Below, piece by piece: positions 17,256 to 28,077 of a stretch of 64,000 bases of DNA (positions are counted from its first letter, which is position 1; every line of letters starts with the position of its first letter). The position numbers and the translations under genes were made by a program. Under the pieces are notes generated by a model. The model was given only the letters and a program-made list of their open reading frames with translations. It made no database searches and was not told the DNA's origin. Where the stretch lies: NCBI GenBank assembly GCA_039818205.1, contig JBCBUK010000011.1:86013-150012 (forward strand), in the 5' to 3' direction. This DNA is from Verrucomicrobiota bacterium. Its GTDB lineage: Bacteria; Verrucomicrobiota; Verrucomicrobiia; Opitutales; Cerasicoccaceae.

Positions 17256-19202
17256 TTGGCGGGTGAATCGGCAGAGCATGGGGCATCGCATGGCGCGAAG
17301 AAATTGTCGCCCGCCTTGTTGCTGGGTGCGCTTGGCGTGGTTTTTGGAGACATCGGAACGAGCCCGCTTTACGCCTTCAGTGCTGCGTGCAAGTTCCTCG
17401 ACGCCGATAATTTTGAGACTTCGGTTCTTGGGATCAGCTCGCTCTTTTTCTGGGCGTTGATCCTCGTGGTTACCGTGAAGTATCTCGGCTTCGTCATGCG
17501 AGCTGACAACCACGGAGAGGGTGGGGTGTTCGCACTGTTGGCTCAGCTGCGACCCTACATCAAAAAGAAGGGCGGGACGCCGGTGATTATGTTGATAATC
17601 CTGTTTGGGGCCGCGTTGCTTTTGGGAGACGGCGTGATCACCCCCGCGATCTCGGTGCTTAGCGCAGTCGAGGGTTTGGAATTTGTAACGCCCGAGTTGC
17701 ACAGATTTATCGTGCCCATTTCCATTCTGATTCTGGCAGTGCTATTTCTCGTGCAGCGGTTTGGCACGGGCTCGATCGGTGTGCTCTTCGGGCCGGTAAT
17801 GTTGGTTTGGTTTGTTACTTTGGGAGCCCTCGGGGCTTGGCAGCTTTTTGAACACGGGCTCGACGTGCTCCAGGCAGCCAATCCCTGGTTTGCGGCAAAG
17901 TTCCTCGTGACGCATCCAGGGATCGCTATTTTCGTCATTGGCGCGGTTGTCTTATGTGTGACTGGCGCGGAAGCCCTGTTCGCGGATATGGGCCACTTTG
18001 GCCGACTGCCAATCGTTATGGCGTGGTATTTTGTGGCGCTGCCGGGGCTCGTTTTGAATTACTTTGGTCAGGCGGCGATGGTTTTAGCTCGAGGGAAAGC
18101 GCCGGAGAATAGTTTCTATGCGCTCGTTCCGGATGGCTGGCCGACGTTGATGCTCACGATATTGGCGACACTTGCCACGATTGTCGCCTCACAGGCATTG
18201 ATCTCCGGGAGCTTCGCATTGGTTCGCCAGGGGATTCAGTTGCACCTGCTGCCGCCTCTTAAGATCATCCACACTTCGCGGCAGCACGAGCAGCAGATCT
18301 TCATTCCGCTGGTGAACACCTGCCTTGGGGTTGCCTGCATCTTTACCGTGCTGATGTTTCGCTCGGCCGATAACTTGGCGGCCGCGTATGGTTTGGCAGA
18401 TACCGGAGCGATGATGGTTACCTCGATCGCATACTTTGTCGTGCGGCGTAAGCGGATGAAGAAGGGCATCGTAAGTAGTGTGGCCCTGCTGGCCTTGTTC
18501 TTGACGGTCGATTTTCTCTTCTTTTCCGCAAATTTGCTCAAGTTGTTGTCGGGTGGCTACTATCCATTGGCAATTGCCGGTGCGGTTTTCTTTGTGATGG
18601 TTACCTATTACCTCGGTCGGCTTGCCTTGCACGACTATCACACAACCCAGCGCGCCCCACTCAAAAGCTTCCTGGAAGACCTGAAGCCCGAGGACTATCA
18701 GCGGATGCCCGGGACCGCCGTTTTTCTTACGGGTAACAACCTCATCATGCCGATTCCGCTGGCGAACCAGCTGAGGCTATACCAGGTCCTCCGCGAGCGC
18801 AATGTGATGTTAACCATGGCGCCGGAATCGGTGCCCCGAGTCTTGGGTAAATCGACAACGGAAACCGTGCCGCTGGCACATGGATTTGTTCGCGTCACGG
18901 CGTCGTATGGTTACGAGGAGCAGCCGGATTTGGATGCGATCTTGAAGGAGGCCGAGGAGCGGTTATTTGAGGGTGCTTTGCCGCGGCCCGTGGTCTATTT
19001 CGTTGCCCGGGAGCGGATCATTCCGTCGAAGGACTCGCCCTTGCCTATGTTTCAGGAGAAGCTCTTCGCATTTCTTCACCGCAATGCTCGACCCATCTAC
19101 GAATACTTCCATTGGAAGTCAGATGACTTCATTGAGACTATCTACGCGGTCCGGCTTGGGGAAAAAGTCGACCAGCCCGAGCATTTTCCGCCCAAGCGCT
19201 AG
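17256..19202 (+). CDS. kup: KUP/HAK/KT potassium transporter
   Basis: GVVFGDIGTSPLY, ADNHGEGG, GDGVITPAISVLSAVEG, EALFADMGHFG. Confidence 0.95.
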   Translation: MAGESAEHGASHGAKKLSPALLLGALGVVFGDIGTSPLYAFSAACKFLDADNFETSVLGISSLFFWALILVVTVKYLGFVMRADNHGEGGVFALLAQLRPYIKKKGGTPVIMLIILFGAALLLGDGVITPAISVLSAVEGLEFVTPELHRFIVPISILILAVLFLVQRFGTGSIGVLFGPVMLVWFVTLGALGAWQLFEHGLDVLQAANPWFAAKFLVTHPGIAIFVIGAVVLCVTGAEALFADMGHFGRLPIVMAWYFVALPGLVLNYFGQAAMVLARGKAPENSFYALVPDGWPTLMLTILATLATIVASQALISGSFALVRQGIQLHLLPPLKIIHTSRQHEQQIFIPLVNTCLGVACIFTVLMFRSADNLAAAYGLADTGAMMVTSIAYFVVRRKRMKKGIVSSVALLALFLTVDFLFFSANLLKLLSGGYYPLAIAGAVFFVMVTYYLGRLALHDYHTTQRAPLKSFLEDLKPEDYQRMPGTAVFLTGNNLIMPIPLANQLRLYQVLRERNVMLTMAPESVPRVLGKSTTETVPLAHGFVRVTASYGYEEQPDLDAILKEAEERLFEGALPRPVVYFVARERIIPSKDSPLPMFQEKLFAFLHRNARPIYEYFHWKSDDFIETIYAVRLGEKVDQPEHFPPKR

Positions 19203-20248
19203 GTGCCGTCGTCTTTGGCCTTTTGCGGCACGGTATCAGACAGAAGATAGGCAATGCCGCGAGTTTTCTCCCCAGCCTCGAGTGCGACTTTGATGGCCAT
19301 GGTCAAGGGGACCGAAAGCAGCATGCCGACCGGACCAAGCATCCAGCCCCAGAGAAACAGTGTGACGATGATGATCATGGGCGACAGGCCGAGTCCCTTA
19401 CCCATGTAGCGGGGCTCCAAAAAGTTACTGACGCCGACGTTGATACAAACGTAGCCCAGCGTTACAAAGATGGCATCGCCAACCCCGTGCAAGACGAGCG
19501 CCAGTAGGATTCCCGGGAACGCCGCGATGATTGAACCAATGCTGGGAACGTAATTGAGCAGGAAGGCCAGGACACCCAACAGAATTGGATAATCCACCTT
19601 GAAAAAGTAGAGCAGAATCATGACCAGGATCCCCGTCAGGGTGCTCATCACGGTCTTCATTCCCATGTAGGAGCGCACGTTCTCGACGATGAGTACCATG
19701 TCGTTCCATCGATTCTCCGTCATACCCGGCAAGTGGCGTATTTTGTCAGGGAGCCGGGCAGCTTCCATTAGGATGAAGATGGCGACCAAGATAATGACGA
19801 AGGCATTTGAGAGGAGTAGGCTGACCGACCCGAGAAGGCTGGCCGTTTGCCGAAAAAGCGATCGGGTATCGAGCATTTGCCTGACCGCGTCCTCCTCAAT
19901 GTCGACGCCTTTATCTTTGAGCCAATCGACGCTGTTGTTAATCTGCTGAGTTAGCTCGAACTGGTATTTGGGCAGGTTGCTCGCGAACTCGTTAACCGCA
20001 TTGGTAAAGAAGCTCGCTGCCGAGAGGCCAATGCCAAAAAGCCCAAGAATCAAAACGATCAACGCGGCCCAGGAGGGCGCTCCCATGCGCTGAAGCCAGA
20101 AATAGACGGGGTTGATCAGGATGACCAAGAAAACCGCGAGGAGGAAGGGCACCACAATATCGGCCGCCGCTCGCAGGCCAGCGATCACGACCACGGTTGC
20201 CGCTAGGGCGAGTAAGAAATTCAACGCGGTTGGTCGGGATATGGGCAT
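19199..20248 (-). CDS. AI-2E (PerM/TqsA) family transporter
   Basis: LNYVPSIGS, LEPRYMGKGLGLSP, WGWMLGPVGMLLSVP. Confidence 0.9.
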   Translation of the reverse strand: MPISRPTALNFLLALAATVVVIAGLRAAADIVVPFLLAVFLVILINPVYFWLQRMGAPSWAALIVLILGLFGIGLSAASFFTNAVNEFASNLPKYQFELTQQINNSVDWLKDKGVDIEEDAVRQMLDTRSLFRQTASLLGSVSLLLSNAFVIILVAIFILMEAARLPDKIRHLPGMTENRWNDMVLIVENVRSYMGMKTVMSTLTGILVMILLYFFKVDYPILLGVLAFLLNYVPSIGSIIAAFPGILLALVLHGVGDAIFVTLGYVCINVGVSNFLEPRYMGKGLGLSPMIIIVTLFLWGWMLGPVGMLLSVPLTMAIKVALEAGEKTRGIAYLLSDTVPQKAKDDGT

Positions 20249-20393
20249 AGGGTGATGCTTAGTCTAAAAAATGACTCAATACTTTCACCCGAATGAAGGC
20301 AATGAATGAATTCCCCCCGCAAGGTGTTCCGTTGGGATTTCCGAGGAGGAGCAGTATCGCTAGTATGATGCGGCAATTGGATGGTCGGTGCAC

Positions 20394-21152
20394 CTACAGC
20401 CGCACCGGTAGCTCAGCTTCTTGCAGCGCTTCCTTGGCTTCTTTGATGGTATAAGTGCCAAAGTGGAAGATGGAGGCGGCGAGGACGGCGCTGGCTTTGC
20501 CGTCTTGCAGGACATCAACTAGGTGGTCGAGCTTGCCCGCGCCGCCACTGGCTATGACCGGAATGCTGACAGCATCACTCACCGCTCGGGTAAGGGCGAC
20601 GTCGTATCCGTCTTTGGTGCCATCGGAGTCCATGCTCGTGAGCAGTATTTCCCCGGCACCCAGTTCAGTGACTTTTTTCGCCCACTCAATGGCATCGAGC
20701 CCGGTTGGGTTGCGTCCACCGTGGGTGAAGACTTCCCACTTACCATCGGTGACTTGTTTGGCATCAATCGCCACCACGATACATTGGTTGCCAAATTTTT
20801 CCGAGGCCTCGCGGATGAGTTCCGGCGTTTTGACGGCTGAGGTGTTGAGACTGATTTTGTCGGCGCCAGCGTTGAGCATCGCCCGGATGTCTTCGAGGCT
20901 GCGCAGTCCACCGCCCACAGTCAGGGGCATGAAACATTCGCTCGCGGTGCGTTCCACGACATCATACATGATGTTGCGCTCGTCACTCGAGGCGGTGATA
21001 TCGAGGAAGACCAGCTCGTCAGCGCCTTGCTTTTCGTAGGCCTTTGCCTGCTCGACCGGGTCACCGGCATCAATGAGATTGACGAAATTAACCCCCTTCA
21101 CCACGCGACCGGCGTGGACATCGAGGCAAGGAATGATTCGAACGCTGAGCAT
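20394..21152 (-). CDS. hisF: Imidazole glycerol phosphate synthase subunit HisF
   Basis: [37 protein letters not shown]; real start 21152 (the ORF track over-extends it). Confidence 0.96.
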   Translation of the reverse strand: MLSVRIIPCLDVHAGRVVKGVNFVNLIDAGDPVEQAKAYEKQGADELVFLDITASSDERNIMYDVVERTASECFMPLTVGGGLRSLEDIRAMLNAGADKISLNTSAVKTPELIREASEKFGNQCIVVAIDAKQVTDGKWEVFTHGGRNPTGLDAIEWAKKVTELGAGEILLTSMDSDGTKDGYDVALTRAVSDAVSIPVIASGGAGKLDHLVDVLQDGKASAVLAASIFHFGTYTIKEAKEALQEAELPVRL

Positions 21153-21181
21153 TGCGCATTGCGTAATTTTGCGAAGCAAAA

Positions 21182-22939
21182 TTACTCGTCGGCCATGGCG
21201 AGGTCGGGCTCGAACTCGACGGTAAGGCGGTATTGCTGCCCTGGGCGCATGACCAGCGGGTGGTCCCGACGGAGTGCTTGCAGGTAGTGCAGCTTGCCCC
21301 AGTAAGTCTTGTATTCTGGGCTGGCAGTGACCGATTGAGTATCGGCCCACTCGGCATGGAAATCGTCCTTAACGACTGCTGGGCGCAATCCTTCTGCTCC
21401 CATGGTGAACGACAAACCGTGACGGTAGTGGTTGTGCGGCATACCCAGGGCGATCAGGTAGCGCATGGACTGCATCTCGGTCTGTTGTTTGACCGAGAAG
21501 ACAAAATCACTCGTCATCTTGCCGCCCACGAAAGTCCAGGAGACCTTGCAGGAGCCGAGGCCAGAAACCATCTTCTCGTCCTTGGTAATCAGGTCTGGCT
21601 GCTCGTAGGAGAAAGTCAATGCGCCGCGAAGGCCTTGGCGGATCGTGCATCGTTTGCCGTAGAAGGACGGGATGATGACGTTTTCACCAAAGGTTAGCTC
21701 GGGAAGTAGAATCGGCAGATACTTCGCAACGGGCCAATCGATAATACCCGGGCAGTGCGGGAAGGCCAGGGAGTCACTGTAGTTCTCGCGACCCTGGCTG
21801 ATCAATGGTATCTGCACATGCAGGCCACTTTCAGGGTCGTGGTAGAGGAACAGGCCCTGCTCTTTTTTGTGCGACTTGTCGAAAACAACGAAGCGGCTGA
21901 TGCGCTTTGGTGGAGCTGGCTTTGCGTCCATTTCGCCACCGATTGAGCGCGCGAGGCGTGCCCACTGACAAAGGTAGCGTGCTGCGTCGAAGTTCGCCAT
22001 TCGGGTGGTGTGGTTGTCACCAGTGGTGCGTTCTTCGTCGCGAATGACCAGGAAGCCGTGTTCACGGTCGACGTAAGTCAGGAAGAAAAATTGGAAGAGG
22101 CGACGCATCAGGTCGACAAACTTTGGCTTGTCGGCGTCCGAGATCCAGCCATCGCGGAGGGCTTGGAGGATCAAGCTGATGCAATGCATTTGACCGTAAG
22201 CGCCGATGCCACGGCCATAGCTCCAGCCCATACCGTCCAAGCGGACAATGTCGGGAAGCATCTTCAGGTATTTTTCCGCGTGGGTGCGCAAGCTAGGCAG
22301 CTTGCGATCGCGCAAGTGCATGTTGGCATGCAGTTGCAGGGCCTGGCGGATGAATACAAAGCTAAGGACACCGTAAACGTCGAAGCAGCCGCCGACGCCG
22401 GATGGTTCATCATCCATGTAGCCCGTGCTGCTGTTTTCTTTGATGCGCTCAATGAAGCGGTCAACGAGCTTTCCAGTCTCATCCTTTTTGGAGAGGCCCA
22501 TGGAGAAGCGAGTCACGGCTTTCGCGATGTTGAACGACTGCAGGTGGTTGTCGTAATCGCTGCGCTGAAGCAGGCGCTTGTCTAACGTTTCCTGAGTTTG
22601 CTCAAGGAGGCGCTCCCATACCGGGTTACGTTCCTTGGCGGGGCTAAACGACAAAAGGCCGAGAGCGGCGTAAGCGAGGCCGTTTTCTGCCTCCTCTTCG
22701 GTGAAGGTCTGCGCGGTGATGGTGCGTGCAGTCAGGTCGACTAGATCGTAGTCACCGAATTTCGACTCATTGGTCAGTCTAAAGTACTCACCAATGGCGA
22801 GTGCGGCGTGGCCCGGTTCGTCCGAGCGCGAATGTTCGCCCTCGATCGGCTGGATAGTACCATCTTCATTGATGGCTTCTAAGTTGTGACTCAGGATTGC
22901 CTGAGCCATATCGAGGCACTGCTCTGCGAAGTTATGCAT
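21182..22939 (-). CDS. Hypothetical protein (585 aa), DUF2264/lyase-like alpha-barrel plus beta domain
   Basis: Long [16 protein letters not shown] and DG.GWSYGRG motifs are reminiscent of DUF2264. Confidence 0.6.
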   Translation of the reverse strand: MHNFAEQCLDMAQAILSHNLEAINEDGTIQPIEGEHSRSDEPGHAALAIGEYFRLTNESKFGDYDLVDLTARTITAQTFTEEEAENGLAYAALGLLSFSPAKERNPVWERLLEQTQETLDKRLLQRSDYDNHLQSFNIAKAVTRFSMGLSKKDETGKLVDRFIERIKENSSTGYMDDEPSGVGGCFDVYGVLSFVFIRQALQLHANMHLRDRKLPSLRTHAEKYLKMLPDIVRLDGMGWSYGRGIGAYGQMHCISLILQALRDGWISDADKPKFVDLMRRLFQFFFLTYVDREHGFLVIRDEERTTGDNHTTRMANFDAARYLCQWARLARSIGGEMDAKPAPPKRISRFVVFDKSHKKEQGLFLYHDPESGLHVQIPLISQGRENYSDSLAFPHCPGIIDWPVAKYLPILLPELTFGENVIIPSFYGKRCTIRQGLRGALTFSYEQPDLITKDEKMVSGLGSCKVSWTFVGGKMTSDFVFSVKQQTEMQSMRYLIALGMPHNHYRHGLSFTMGAEGLRPAVVKDDFHAEWADTQSVTASPEYKTYWGKLHYLQALRRDHPLVMRPGQQYRLTVEFEPDLAMADE

Positions 22940-23197
22940 CTATGTGGTTAGAGGAGGTCTCTACGATAGGGATCGTTTCGGAAAAAGTCACACAGTTGTG
23001 TAGCACGCGGAACTACTGTCAACCCCCTTTATTTCACCGATTTCAATTGTTTTAGGCGAAGCCAGTTAATTTTTTCCAATAAGTGCACCAATTACGCAAT
23101 TTAGTGGATGGTGAACGGATCAAAACCCGCTTGCACCGGTGCCAGAAGTCTCTAGCTTAGGGGATCTTCCAAATTTTCACTTAAAAATACGAAATTC

Positions 23198-23833
23198 ATG
23201 AGACCCTTTCTCCCCGCATTTTCACTTTTTTTAGCGCTCTGCAGTCAATTATTTGCGTTCGATGGTGACATCACCATGGAATCCGTAATGGGCGGCCAGG
23301 CTGTGAACTCCACTTTCGTCGCTAAGGGTGCGAAGGTTAAAGTTTCGCCACCGGGAGGCATGGGGACGGTGATCATCGATCGCAGCACCGACGACGTGTA
23401 TATTTTGATGGATGCCCAGCGGATGTACATGAAGCGCCCAATGGATTCTCTCCAAGCACCACAGCCCGATGGGGAAATTACTGATTCGGGTGAAACGGAT
23501 GAGATCTTGGGTTATCCCGTTCGCAAATTAGTTTTTACCGAAGCCAGCGGCAACTATACCGAGATTTGGGCAACGACGGAAATCAAGAACGAGGCGCTCA
23601 ACAATATGCCGGGGGTGAATCAGAAGATGCTCGATCAGATTGAGGCTGTATTTGGCACTTCGGAGATCCTTCCCCTGAAGACAGTCACTCACAACAAGGA
23701 TGGTGTTGTTTTGAATGCCATGACGGTCACCGCAATTACTCCTCGTGAGGTTAGTGATGCGGAAGTATCGATTCCTGAAGGTTACACCGAGTTTGAGATG
23801 CCAGCGGGAGCACCCGTTGCTCCTGGCCAGTAA
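23198..23833 (+). CDS. Secreted DUF4412-domain protein
   Basis: Signal peptide; DSGETDEILGYPVRK, TEIWAT, VSIPEGY. Confidence 0.7.
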   Translation: MRPFLPAFSLFLALCSQLFAFDGDITMESVMGGQAVNSTFVAKGAKVKVSPPGGMGTVIIDRSTDDVYILMDAQRMYMKRPMDSLQAPQPDGEITDSGETDEILGYPVRKLVFTEASGNYTEIWATTEIKNEALNNMPGVNQKMLDQIEAVFGTSEILPLKTVTHNKDGVVLNAMTVTAITPREVSDAEVSIPEGYTEFEMPAGAPVAPGQ

Positions 23834-23858
23834 TGATTGTTATTTGGAAATTTTTCCG

Positions 23859-23887
23859 AGCACCGTCCCGAAAGGGCGGTGCTTTTT
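23859..23887 (+). terminator. Terminator between convergent genes
   Basis: agcaccgtccc-gaaa-gggcggtgct-tttt. Confidence 0.75.
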
Positions 23888-24879
23888 CATTGCATCCAGT
23901 CGGCCCATTTCGCGCCGTAGTCCGCTAGATCGTCACTTGTAACGAGCTCAATCTGAGTTTCGATAAGGACCGTTTGCGGAGACTCTTTCAGGTGGATGAA
24001 TTTGATGAGCGCATCCATCGCGAGGTAGCCCCATCGGTAGTACTGCTGGGCAATGAGGGCGTCGACGCTCCCTTGAGCGAGGTATGGCAGGGAGGGTGGA
24101 AGCGCATCGGCTGCTACGCAGGGCATCTCGCCTGGTTGCCAGGGGAGTTGGGCAACGCCCATGAGCGGCCATTTCGTGAGGAAAATCCAGCCGTCTATTT
24201 CTTCGTTGCGGTCCTCGTTCATGGCGAAGTGGAGGATCTCCCGGGCGCCATTCACGGATTCTGGACACGGGTAGATGTCAAAAATTTCCACCTTCTCTTG
24301 CTCAGCCGCTGCTTGTTTGATTGCAGCCAGGCGCTTGGCAATACCTGGTGAACTCGTGTCACCAGCGAGAATGGCAACGTTGTTACTGCTGCCCCAGCTG
24401 GGAAGCTCCTCCGAGATTTGCATGAACAAGGCCTTGCCCATCGCTGAGTTGTCGGTTTGCACGGTAGCGAGCCGACTGCTTTGTGGGGCGTCACCGTCAA
24501 AGGTCACGGTTGGGATCCCACGTTGCATTAAGGAGTCGATCACTGGTGTGATCGCTGTTGGATCGGCTACGGAAATGATGACGCCGTTGGCACCGTCGGC
24601 ATAGGCTTTTTGGAGTGCTTCCGCCTGGGCCGCAGAGTCACGGTTCATTGCGGTTAGGTCGACGATTTTGATCTCGAGCTTATGGGCGAGTTCGAGACGA
24701 TTGGCAGCATCGCGAGCGCCGGTGCGGGCGGCCCCAAACACGGGATCTGAGCCGTCTTTGCCGATAAATGCTACGGAGTAGCGTTCCCAAATTTCGCGGG
24801 GACGCGCGGCACTGGATATGCTTGCGCCCAGCACCAAAACCGCGAGGACGAGGCTCAAAGATAAAGAGAATGGTTTCAT
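23887..24879 (-). CDS. Periplasmic sugar-binding protein (RbsB-like), no adjacent permease
   Basis: Signal peptide; GIPTVTFDGDAP, VQTDNSAMG, IAQQYYRWGY. Confidence 0.82.
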   Translation of the reverse strand: MKPFSLSLSLVLAVLVLGASISSAARPREIWERYSVAFIGKDGSDPVFGAARTGARDAANRLELAHKLEIKIVDLTAMNRDSAAQAEALQKAYADGANGVIISVADPTAITPVIDSLMQRGIPTVTFDGDAPQSSRLATVQTDNSAMGKALFMQISEELPSWGSSNNVAILAGDTSSPGIAKRLAAIKQAAAEQEKVEIFDIYPCPESVNGAREILHFAMNEDRNEEIDGWIFLTKWPLMGVAQLPWQPGEMPCVAADALPPSLPYLAQGSVDALIAQQYYRWGYLAMDALIKFIHLKESPQTVLIETQIELVTSDDLADYGAKWADWMQ

Positions 24880-24956
24880 AGGGTTTCGAGTGAAGGCGCG
24901 ATTTTCGTTGCCAGCTCGCTAATGCTAAGACGGGCTATTGAACCATTGGTTCCGCA

Positions 24957-26345
24957 ATGAATGCAATAACGGTAATCGCGCTTTTTGTTTCCGGTCTTGT
25001 GGTCGGGTTGGTCGCTTGTTGGCTGATCATGCGGCGGGCCAAGGAGGATGCGCGGGCACTCGGTCGCGCTGAGCTCGAAACTGACTATGCCTTAGCCGTT
25101 CAGCGAGCGGATGAGCTTGCCAGCCAGTTGGGAGCTCAAGAGCAGCAGCTTGCCGCGAAGGTTCAGGAGTCGACAGAACTCGCCCTGCGTTTGCGGGAAA
25201 CGGAAACACGGCGTGATCAAGAGATCATGGCTGCCGAAAAACAGTTGCGGGAGATCGAGGAGGTCAAGGAGCGGCTCCTTGATGCATTCAAAGGCTTGTC
25301 TGCAGATGCCTTGCGCGCCAATAACAGTGAGTTCCTGAAGCTCGCGAAGGAGAATTTAGACCGCTACCAGGAAGGTGCGAAGGGGGACTTAGATAAGCGC
25401 CAAACGGCTATCAATCAAATGGTCACGCCCATTCGCGAATCGCTGGACAAGGTTCAAACGAACCTCAAGGAGATTGAGAAGCAACGGGTGGGTGCATATG
25501 CCGGCTTGGAGCAGCAAATAAAAGACATGATTTCCGTCCAGCGCTCGCTGCAGGGTGAAACAGCAAATTTGGTCAAAGCCTTGCGAGCACCACAGGTTCG
25601 TGGACGCTGGGGCGAGATGCAACTGCGCCGCACCGTTGAGATGGCGGGCATGATTAACTACTGCGATTTTCTGGAGCAGGAGAACGTCTCGACTGAAGAG
25701 GGACGACTGCGTCCCGATATGGTTATCAAGCTGCCCAACAGTCGTCAGGTGATTGTCGATGCCAAAGCGCCGCTCGCCGCCTACCTTGATGCGCTCGAGT
25801 GCGAGGATCCCGATGAGCAACGGGCACGCTTGGCGGACCACGCAAGGCAAGTCCGCGATCATTTGAAGAAGCTGAGTGAGAAGCGGTATTGGAGTCAGTT
25901 CGATTTCACCCCGGAGTTCGTGGTGTTGTTTTTGCCAGGTGAGACATTTTTCAGTGCGGCGCTTGAGCAGGATCCAGGTCTCATTGAATACGGTACGGAT
26001 AGTCGCGTAATTCTCGCGACGCCCACGACATTGATCGCTTTGTTGAAAGCCGTTGCCTACGGATGGCGCCAGGAGGAAATCGCCAAGGAAGCTAAACAAA
26101 TCAGTGAACTGGGTGGCGAGTTGTACGATCGAATTGCGACGCTGGCTGGTCATTTTGATGATTTGAGGAAAGGTTTGGACCGCGCAACGGGGGCCTACAA
26201 CAAGGCAGTTTCGTCCATGGAACGGCGGGTGTTGGTCTCCGCTCGAAAATTTCGCGAAATTCACGCGACGAGCGCCAAGGAGTTGCCGGTTGCCGAAGAA
26301 GCAGAGACGCATCTCACCCCGCCACCCAGTGTCGAGCGCGATTAG
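24957..26345 (+). CDS. rmuC: DNA recombination protein RmuC
   Basis: [45 protein letters not shown]. Confidence 0.95.
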   Translation: MNAITVIALFVSGLVVGLVACWLIMRRAKEDARALGRAELETDYALAVQRADELASQLGAQEQQLAAKVQESTELALRLRETETRRDQEIMAAEKQLREIEEVKERLLDAFKGLSADALRANNSEFLKLAKENLDRYQEGAKGDLDKRQTAINQMVTPIRESLDKVQTNLKEIEKQRVGAYAGLEQQIKDMISVQRSLQGETANLVKALRAPQVRGRWGEMQLRRTVEMAGMINYCDFLEQENVSTEEGRLRPDMVIKLPNSRQVIVDAKAPLAAYLDALECEDPDEQRARLADHARQVRDHLKKLSEKRYWSQFDFTPEFVVLFLPGETFFSAALEQDPGLIEYGTDSRVILATPTTLIALLKAVAYGWRQEEIAKEAKQISELGGELYDRIATLAGHFDDLRKGLDRATGAYNKAVSSMERRVLVSARKFREIHATSAKELPVAEEAETHLTPPPSVERD

Positions 26346-26348
26346 GCG

Positions 26349-27620
26349 CTAGGCGTTTGCCGTTGTTCGTGGCTCGACGAACTCTTCCAGGATTTTAACA
26401 GCGGTTGCGGGGCCATCTTCTGATTCCAGAGTCTTGGCTAGCACTTCGGCCTTCGCCCGTAATTGCTGGTCGTGCTCGGCGCCATCCACAAGCAGTGGCA
26501 AGGCTTCGGGCCAATTTTGCCGATTTCCGATGAGCCCGGAGCCGAGCTTCTTCACCTGCTCCGCCCAAAAGGCTTGGTCGGCGATGTGTGGAATGATGAT
26601 CTGCGGCTTGCCCGAATGGAGTGCTGAGGCCGTGGTCCCGGCTCCGCCGTGGTGGATAATTACTGATGCATGGCTGAAGAGAAGGTCGTGGTTGGCTTGG
26701 CCAATAACTTTTACTTCGGGGCGTGACGCAGCATCGCTTTCCTTAAAGCCGACCCAGCCGCTTTGAACGATTAGCTTCTTTCCTTGCGGCCACGCGCGAA
26801 GGAACCGGGTGAATAGCTCCGCTGAGTCGTCAAAGCTGACACTGCCAAAATTCAACACGGGCACCTCTTGACCGGCGCAAAATGCCTCAAGTTCGGCGGC
26901 TTGCTTCGGGTCTGGATCGGTTTGGTAGCGCCAGTATCCGGTGTAGCGAAAGCGTGGGTCAACAGCACCGTCATCCGGCGCAAAAAGTTTCTGGGAAACG
27001 GTAACCAGAGCCAGCGGTGCTGGCTCTCGGAAAAAACTCTTGGTGGGCTCGAGGCCGCGCTCGACGAGCTTATGCTGGTAAACGCTGTTGAGGGTCCGCG
27101 TGACGACTAGATCGGAAATCCACCACCACAGGTCGCGCCAGGATTGCCCAAATGGCTCGGGAAGCCAAGGAAAGGATAGCCAGGGGATCGGCCCGATGCC
27201 GTAGGCGGGCACTACGTTGTGGGCAAAGGATGCGACGGCGAATTGGCAGTCGTTCTTTTCGGCCAGCGATTTCAAAAACGGATAGAGGTAGGTGGACACC
27301 AAGACGTCGGCACCCTTGGTAATTTCCTCCAGTGTATCGAGATAGTCATCGAGGTAGGGGAGGCCAAAGGTATAGATTTGTTTCAGCTGCTTGAGTTGGT
27401 CATCGGTCCGACACAGAGCGCGCATCGCGTCTTTGCCGTTTTCGGTATCCCATTCAGGCGGGACAGGAACGTAGGGGATACCCGAGTCCTCGATCACATT
27501 TTGAAACAAGGTTGAGGCGGCAAATCGAGTTTCGTGCCCGGCCTCAATCAACGCTCGACCCAGCGCGATCATCGGAATGATGTCACCGGTGGAGCCTTGG
27601 CTGGTGAGCACGACCTTCAT
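26349..27620 (-). CDS. GT-B glycosyltransferase family 1 (sterol glucosyltransferase-like)
   Basis: GSTGDIIP, HHGGAGT, PHIADQAFW. Confidence 0.88.
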   Translation of the reverse strand: MKVVLTSQGSTGDIIPMIALGRALIEAGHETRFAASTLFQNVIEDSGIPYVPVPPEWDTENGKDAMRALCRTDDQLKQLKQIYTFGLPYLDDYLDTLEEITKGADVLVSTYLYPFLKSLAEKNDCQFAVASFAHNVVPAYGIGPIPWLSFPWLPEPFGQSWRDLWWWISDLVVTRTLNSVYQHKLVERGLEPTKSFFREPAPLALVTVSQKLFAPDDGAVDPRFRYTGYWRYQTDPDPKQAAELEAFCAGQEVPVLNFGSVSFDDSAELFTRFLRAWPQGKKLIVQSGWVGFKESDAASRPEVKVIGQANHDLLFSHASVIIHHGGAGTTASALHSGKPQIIIPHIADQAFWAEQVKKLGSGLIGNRQNWPEALPLLVDGAEHDQQLRAKAEVLAKTLESEDGPATAVKILEEFVEPRTTANA

Positions 27621-27641
27621 GGTATCCGGGATCGGTCGGGC

Positions 27642-27947
27642 TTAGGAGAGATCGCTGAGTATCTGGCGAAGTTCTTCGGCTGGATCGTCGTGGTGCTGAT
27701 CCACGGCAAGTTTCAGGGCGACTTCGAGGATCGGCTTGGCGGTAGTGGCATCACCGGTTTCGAGTAATGCTTTGCCGAGGAGAATCCGCGGCATCATCCA
27801 ATCGTCGCGACTATCCGCACAGAAGCGCAGGTGTTCTTGGGAATCGGCAAAGTTGCCTTCGTCAAACAGTGCTTGGCCGAGGCTGAAGCGGAAAAGTGAA
27901 TTGTTTGGGTCTTTGTTGACCCGTTCGCGAAAGAGTTCTGAGCGCAT
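27642..27947 (-). CDS. Small tetratricopeptide-repeat protein
   Basis: DPNNSLFRFSLGQAL and LLGKALLETGD TPR-like helices. Confidence 0.75.
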   Translation of the reverse strand: MRSELFRERVNKDPNNSLFRFSLGQALFDEGNFADSQEHLRFCADSRDDWMMPRILLGKALLETGDATTAKPILEVALKLAVDQHHDDPAEELRQILSDLS

Positions 27948-28077
27948 TTTATCTATAAAAACAAACGAGGAATTTCGAGCTACTATACGCTTGCGGAGGG
28001 CCTTGTCTAGCCCTCGAGGAAATTGCTTCGCTTGCCGGCGGAGATTATTGATGAAAATCCTCGAGTGAAATTGTTTT

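Noticed and set aside
21153..21350. N-terminal extension of hisF in the ORF track (likewise aspS 58934-59092 and infA 47883-47933)
   Set aside because: The extensions overlap neighbouring genes or precede the canonical family start; they are longest-ORF artefacts
25389..26312. 307-aa antisense ORF (likewise 28542-29450, 29188-30237, 48130-49002, 59282-60100, 6632-7318, 41588-42277)
   Set aside because: These are shadow ORFs opposite well-supported genes, with no recognisable motifs
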